In this document: piece after piece, positions 58,210 to 64,000 of the stretch | How positions within the stretch are numbered: the stretch's first letter is position 1 | Layout: each line of letters begins with the position of its first letter | NCBI RefSeq assembly: GCF_009914755.1 | Contig: NC_060925.1 | DNA: 64,000 nucleotides | Direction: 5' to 3' (one strand) | Source of the DNA: the human T2T-CHM13v2.0 reference genome, Homo sapiens | Program-made: the position numbers and the translations under genes | Notes under the pieces: model-generated | Told to the model about the DNA's origin: nothing | Seen by the model: the letters and a program-made list of their open reading frames with translations, nothing else | Database searches by the model: none

Positions 58210-59849
58210 TATTTCAAAGACCTTAGACTATTTTAAAGTCTGATTATCTTTACCCCAACTTATATGGCATTGCTGTTCATTACTTTAATTTTATTTTTTT
58301 CAAATACTCCTACCTGAATATTGTTGTATACTTATACAATCAATTCTGTGTGCTGAGTTTTTTTTTTTCACCATTCCTTCCTGCTGAAATAATTTTCCTT
58401 CTGCTAGATACAAAGCCCTTAGATTTTGTTTAGGGGAAATCTGTGAGTGGTAAATTCTCAAAAAACAAAATTTGTGATCTAAGAGTCTTTTTAATTTATT
58501 TTCATTCTTTAAGGAGAAATTCACTGGATATAGAAATTTTAGTTGGAATTTTATTTCTCCTTAACACATGAAATATAATCTTCCATGATCTTCTGATGTC
58601 CATTGCTGCTAATGGAAAGTCAGCTATAAGTGTAATAGTTTTTCTTTGTTTGATAATCTGCCTTTTTGCTATCTGCTTTTACAATTCTCTTGTCTCCAAT
58701 ATTTTTACTTGTAGATTTATTTATTCTGTAAGAAGTTAGTAGGACTCGTTAAACTGTAGATTGTCTTTAATTAATTCTGGAAAATAATCATTATGTGCTT
58801 GATAATTAATTCTCCTCCCACTATCTCCCTTATTTTCTTCTGGAACTCCTTACACATATTGATCTTTACATCCAATATTTTATGCCTCAACTCTCTGGCA
58901 TTCTGAAAAATTTCTTCAGATCTGCCTTCCAGTGTACTAGTTTTTTCCTTCCACAAGTGTCTAATGATTTGTTTAAGCTAATCTGTTCAGAGTTTTTTCT
59001 TATAAAATTATTTTATTATTTTACTACTTTTGTATTTACATTTAACATACATAATTTGTTTTTATATATGGTGTACTGAGAAAAATATCAGAAAATAAGA
59101 TAAAAAAATCTTTTTATGTAATGATCAACCTGGATACCCAGAATCCCAAAGTTGCAGTAAAATCTATTAGAACTAATAAGATTTGGTCAAGTATCTTGAT
59201 TAATATATCCAATATGAATAACTTTTCCTTTCTGTACCAAAATGTGACTGTAGATGAAAACGAAAGTATTTTATTTAGTATATTACCTTTAAGAACAAAT
59301 TTAATAATAAGTTATCTAATAAAAACGTTATCAGGAACATATAAAGAAAACTGTAAAATATTATCAAACATATAAAGTAAGAACTAACTAGAAAGATTCA
59401 TAGTAGTGGATAAGAACTCTTAACAACATCCAAAAATCAATTTTCCCCAAATTAATAAGTATAATGCAACTGCAATTACATTCTCAATAAGATAATTTTG
59501 AAATTGCATAAAATGTTCCTGTCAAATGGGAGAAATGCTCAAAAAATAGCAAAGAAAAAAGTATGAAAAACGAGAACAGTGAAGACAGAACTTGTCCTAC
59601 CAATATCAAATATGAGGTGCTATATTCATATCAGTAACAAATAATATAATGTATATTTTGTTTCAATAGGAAAATATTACATTCTCTTTCATCTTCCTTT
59701 TTCACATTTCTATCTGTATTTTCTAATCCAAGTGATGTTTCACTCTTCTAGGAAAATATTAATGACCCTATTGGTTTTAATGACTCTCTTCTGTATTTCC
59801 AAAGTACGTATCTTTAATCAAACTCAGTTCTACCTACTTTATGTCATTC

Positions 59850-60674
59850 TGATACGGAAGGGAAGTGCTGGGAAAGGAAGGGCATGGTCCCTTTAAGTGA
59901 TATGGAAGGTGGGAACGGAAGTGCTGGGTAGAGGAGGGCGTGGTCCCTGGCTAGGTTTCCACCCCAGGGCCTGTGCCCATGGACCTAGGTGAAGACAGCA
60001 TTTTTGTTTTCCTGCCCAAATGTTGGATTTCCCAAGGCCACCCTGGTCTGCCATGCCCCCATCCTGTGCCTATAAAACCCCTCCCAGACCCTAGCAGGCA
60101 GACACACAGGCAGCTGGACATCAAGAAGAGCACATCAGTGAAGGAACACACAAATGTCTGGACGTTGAAAGGAGCTCACCGACATGCCTTCACGCCAGCA
60201 GGCCACTGACCAGCAGCCACAGAACCATGTGGAGTTTGGCTGGGGCAGTTGGAGGAGAGCCCGGGCCACCAAGCGGCCCAACTCCAAGAGAAAACCATCT
60301 CCCTTCTGGCTCCCCCATCTGCTGAGAGGTACTTCCGCTCAATAAAACCTTGCACTCATTCTCCAAGCCCACATGTGATCTGAGTCTTCCGGTACACCAG
60401 GGCAAGAACCCCGGGTTGCAGACAGCCTTCTGTCCTTGTGATAAGGCAGGGGTCTAATTGAGCAGATGGCTAAACTAAAAGAGCATCCTGTAATGCACGC
60501 CCACTGGGGCTTCAGCTGTAAACATTCACCCCTAGACACTGTCGTGGGGTCAGAGCCCCACAACCTGCCCATCTGCATGCTCCCCTAGAGGTTTGAGCAG
60601 TGGACGCTGAAGAAGTGAGCCATTCGCCCTGTCGCATGCCCTGTGGGGGACACAAGGGAACTTTTCCCGTTTCA
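59850..60674 (+). mobile_element. ERV1 solo LTR (LTR1-family-like), 825 bp
   Basis: TG...CA termini; perfect 4-bp TSD ATTC; TATAAAA 60071-60077; AATAAA 60341-60346; GC-rich. Confidence 0.88.
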
Positions 60675-62857
60675 ATTCTGTGATATTTTCCTAAATTCCT
60701 GTTTATTTTATTTTTTAAGATAGGTCTTTGAAGGCAAACCACATATGGAAGATTTCTTCTGTATATGCTATAGCTCTAGAACGTTGGTAGGCAGAGAAAC
60801 TAGTGTTCAGCAAGTATTTACAGATGTAGTGACATTGATTTGCAAACAGTTAAACTTAAGATGTGATGTTATTTAAGGTGTTTCCCATGCAAGCACCAGA
60901 ACTCACCGGAGACATATCTCCCTCTTCACATCACTGCAGGACTCTAAGCTCTTGGAAGTGAGTCATATTATTTTCTGGAAAACCCAAAGGGGGATAGGAG
61001 TAGGTATTCAACGAATGTTTGCTTACTGAATAAAAGAAAACTGAATACAAAAAAAATTTTTAAATGAGACAGAGAAAGATAAATATAGGAAGGAAGAAAG
61101 GAAGGACGGATGGGAGGAAGGGAGAGAGGAAGGGAGAGAGAGAGAAGGGAAAGAAAAGTTGATTAATTTAATCCCTGATAGATTTGTAACAATAGAGTTT
61201 CAGGGGAAAGAAAGGCAAAATTTTTAAAAGCCAATACAGGAAAACGAAAATACACTAGAAAGCATATTTAAGTCAGAAACATGTTGTGCTTGGCAACCAT
61301 TTGGTGCACAAATGAAAGCTCTATTGCCCAGTCAGCTAAATGCACATTAGTCACAGTTCAATTAAGAGGTGTTGTCAGATAGCCTGTTTTACTGGAAAAG
61401 GTGTTTTGGTCAGCTGAATTTTCCCTTCACAGATCACTGGGAGAAAAGAAGTTCCAATGGTTCCAGTCAAGCAGATGTACTTGGATTAGCTTCTTCCACG
61501 AACTGGACTATTCCAAATACTTTTTAGGCACACTGGGAAGTTACATTGTTTCTTGCAAGTGACAGGTTGTCCTTTAATTAGTTCTTTCTCTCAAAAAGAG
61601 ACTGCTGACTCCAAACTGGGAAGAAACCCACTCACCAGCAAAATGCTGCTGAATTCACTCTGATAGTTTTCTAATCTCTCATCAGTAGATGACAATAATG
61701 AAGCCAGTATTGTTACCACAAGACTCAGATATGTCTATCACCCAAGATGATTTCTCTTTAAGACGCAATAAAAGGGAACTTTTCTCCCCATTTATTAGCA
61801 ACTAAGATGAAATGAGAGCCAGAGAAATAAAGTGAGGAAGGAAAGAGAATTTACTACCTTTACAAGCTGAAATCGGAACTATATTTTAATAAATCTCTTT
61901 TATTGCTTATAGTTCATCAGTTTTAATTCAGAATGGGATGAGGCCAGTGATGGAATAAAGATAAGCAGACCTTGTTAATCTTCAATGAGTCATGCTTATA
62001 AAAAAATACCTGCTATCAGGGTCATTTAGCCATGACCAAATTATCATCCTTTCTTGTTAGCAATATTTCTCAATTTTATCTTCAGTTCTTTAAATAGGAG
62101 CAGAAACTTCTTGAAATTTATATCTACAGAGTAATAATTAAAGTGAAAGCAATGTTGCAAAGGCTGAAGTGTAATGTGTTCATCTGTGCCTGCCCCACCA
62201 CCCCCCCCGCAAATATGAAGAAGCCTTTATCTGCAGCCTGAAAAAACAATAAGAAAAAAAAAAATAGACAACGCAATCTATGTTTTCCAGAGACTGGTAA
62301 CAATGTATTAAGAAAAATATTCAGAAATGAGCAGGAGACAAGTTTTGAGGATTTTTTTAAAATTTTTTTTTTCTAGAGTAGAATCAAAGAAGACAAGCTG
62401 ACACTTAATAGGCTATCCTGAGAATTAAATTATCTATTGGCTGTGAAGCCCTTAAAAAGCATTGTGTGATTTACTTATGTAAGGTGCTATAGTTAAGCCT
62501 GAGAGGAAACGGAGAGTGTTGGATGGCCCCAAGTAAAGGTACTCTAAAGTCTGATTATGAAATTCAAAAATTTTATTTATAGAGTAGGTATTCACAACAT
62601 TCAATAATCAATGAATTAATGTAGTTACAGGTCATCTTTCATTATGGTTTAGAAATAGTTTCTTAAAAAGAAAATCAGGCACCTTCTGATTTGATAAAAC
62701 TTTGATGCAAGTTGGAACATGATGTAATGTTTTAATACTGGGATCCTTAGGTAACTTGCTAATAGAAAATATTGGGAGTAAGAGGATAAAAAATTATCTA
62801 GGCCATTCAAGGGGTGAGAAAACTGGGAACTGTTTTTTTTTTTCTGTGTGTGTGTGT

Positions 62858-63041
62858 GCCTCCTGAGTGGCTGGTACTACAGGTGCGTGCCACCATGCCC
62901 AGCTAATTTTTGTATTTTCTTTTGGTAGAGATGGGATTTCACTATGTTGGCCAGGCTGGTCTCGAACTCTTAACCTTAAGCAATCCGCCCACCTCGGCCT
63001 CCCAAAGCGCTGGGATTTCAGGTGTGATCCTGCACCTGGCC
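62858..63041 (-). mobile_element. Alu lacking most of its right arm
   Basis: Antisense left monomer, linker and start of right monomer, abutting (TG)n and a T-run. Confidence 0.88.
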
Positions 63042-63164
63042 CAGAGAATGGTTAATGATCAATCGTCTTTCCTTCACTTCATGTATTCCTGGTGATGCCA
63101 TCAGTCATAATAGCCTGCCCCCACCCTTCTCTCCATGAGATTGATCTCATGAAATAAGCAAGGC

Positions 63165-63478
63165 TATCAGACTCTGGTCACTTGAATGTTAAGAATAAAA
63201 CTGTCTCTGAGTTTCTGCTGCTAAATCAGTTCGCTGGTTTTGAACTTCTCAGAGTCTGATAACTCAGCTATTCCTTTAATTTTGTCAACTATATAATACA
63301 GTATATACTATACAACTACAGTATCAGACTCTGGTTATTTGAATGTTAAGAATAAAACTGTCTCTGAGTTTCTGCTGCTAAATCAGTTCCCCAGTTTTGA
63401 ACTTCTCAGAGTCTGATAACTCAGTTATTCTTTTAATTTTGCCAACTATATAATACAGTACATACTATACAACTACAG
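63165..63478. repeat. 2 x 157-bp tandem duplication with an internal inverted repeat
   Basis: Units start at 63165 and 63322 and are highly similar. Confidence 0.95.
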
Positions 63479-63734
63479 TGCATTCTTTTTGAGTCTCCTT
63501 GAGTTTGCCAAAGTTGATTTCTGATATTTAAAATCAGAGGTGACTACTGCTAATAACATTGCCACTTGCAGAAATGTGTTCTGGTGGGTAGGTATTTCAT
63601 AAGAGTCTTAAACTCTCTTTATTTAGATTTCTTGTATGTACTCCAAGCAACCTTCTGATTACTATTTTAGTTTCCTTATTTCTTGACCATTGGAGGCAGC
63701 TCTTCAGAACACCATCATTTTTTTTTCATTTTTA

Positions 63735-64000
63735 TATCAATTAGTTCTTGCTGCACAACAAACTGCTCCAAAACTTGAAACTTAATGGCTTAAAACAATT
63801 ACTCTCACTTGCATGCTTAGGGAACTGCTGAGGGTCCTCTGATCCAAGCCAGGCAAAGTTGGACTTGTCCTCAGGCTACAGTGTTGTGCCTAGTTCTTCT
63901 CCATACACCTTCTATCCTTGGCCAGCAGGCTATCCATGCTATGTTCTTCTCAGGGAGCAGGGCAAGATAGCAACACCCACTGTGCAAACATACTTCAAGT
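63735..64000 (-). mobile_element. MLT1-type LTR running off the window end
   Basis: 'ttgctgcacaacaaactgctccaaaactt...aatggcttaaaacaa'. Confidence 0.65.

Overview
Repeat-rich primate genomic DNA, most likely human chr1q23.3 (locus recognised from the protein, not from a search). It holds one protein-coding gene, RGS4 (+ strand). Five coding exons (36036-41120; 44+105+62+167+240 = 618 nt) give the 205-aa protein. An upstream exon (ATG 35486) can add 97 aa in frame. The gene has a TATA/CCAAT/CRE promoter and a ~2.2-kb 3'UTR. The rest is L1, L2, MIR, Alu, LTR and DNA-transposon remnants plus simple repeats; almost all short ORFs in the track are spurious. I found no new multi-gene system. Most interesting: (i) an old L1 insertion whose target-site duplication (TSD) copied the exon-4 splice donor and added an in-frame 55-aa extension, a stop and an AATAAA; (ii) a tailless retrocopy of a 5' tRNA-Lys(CTT) half at an L1 endonuclease site; (iii) a core promoter that doubles as coding sequence for an isoform that would mask the Cys N-degron; (iv) two twin-primed L1s; (v) several local duplications. 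Repeat family names come from remembered consensus sequences and need RepeatMasker/Dfam confirmation.
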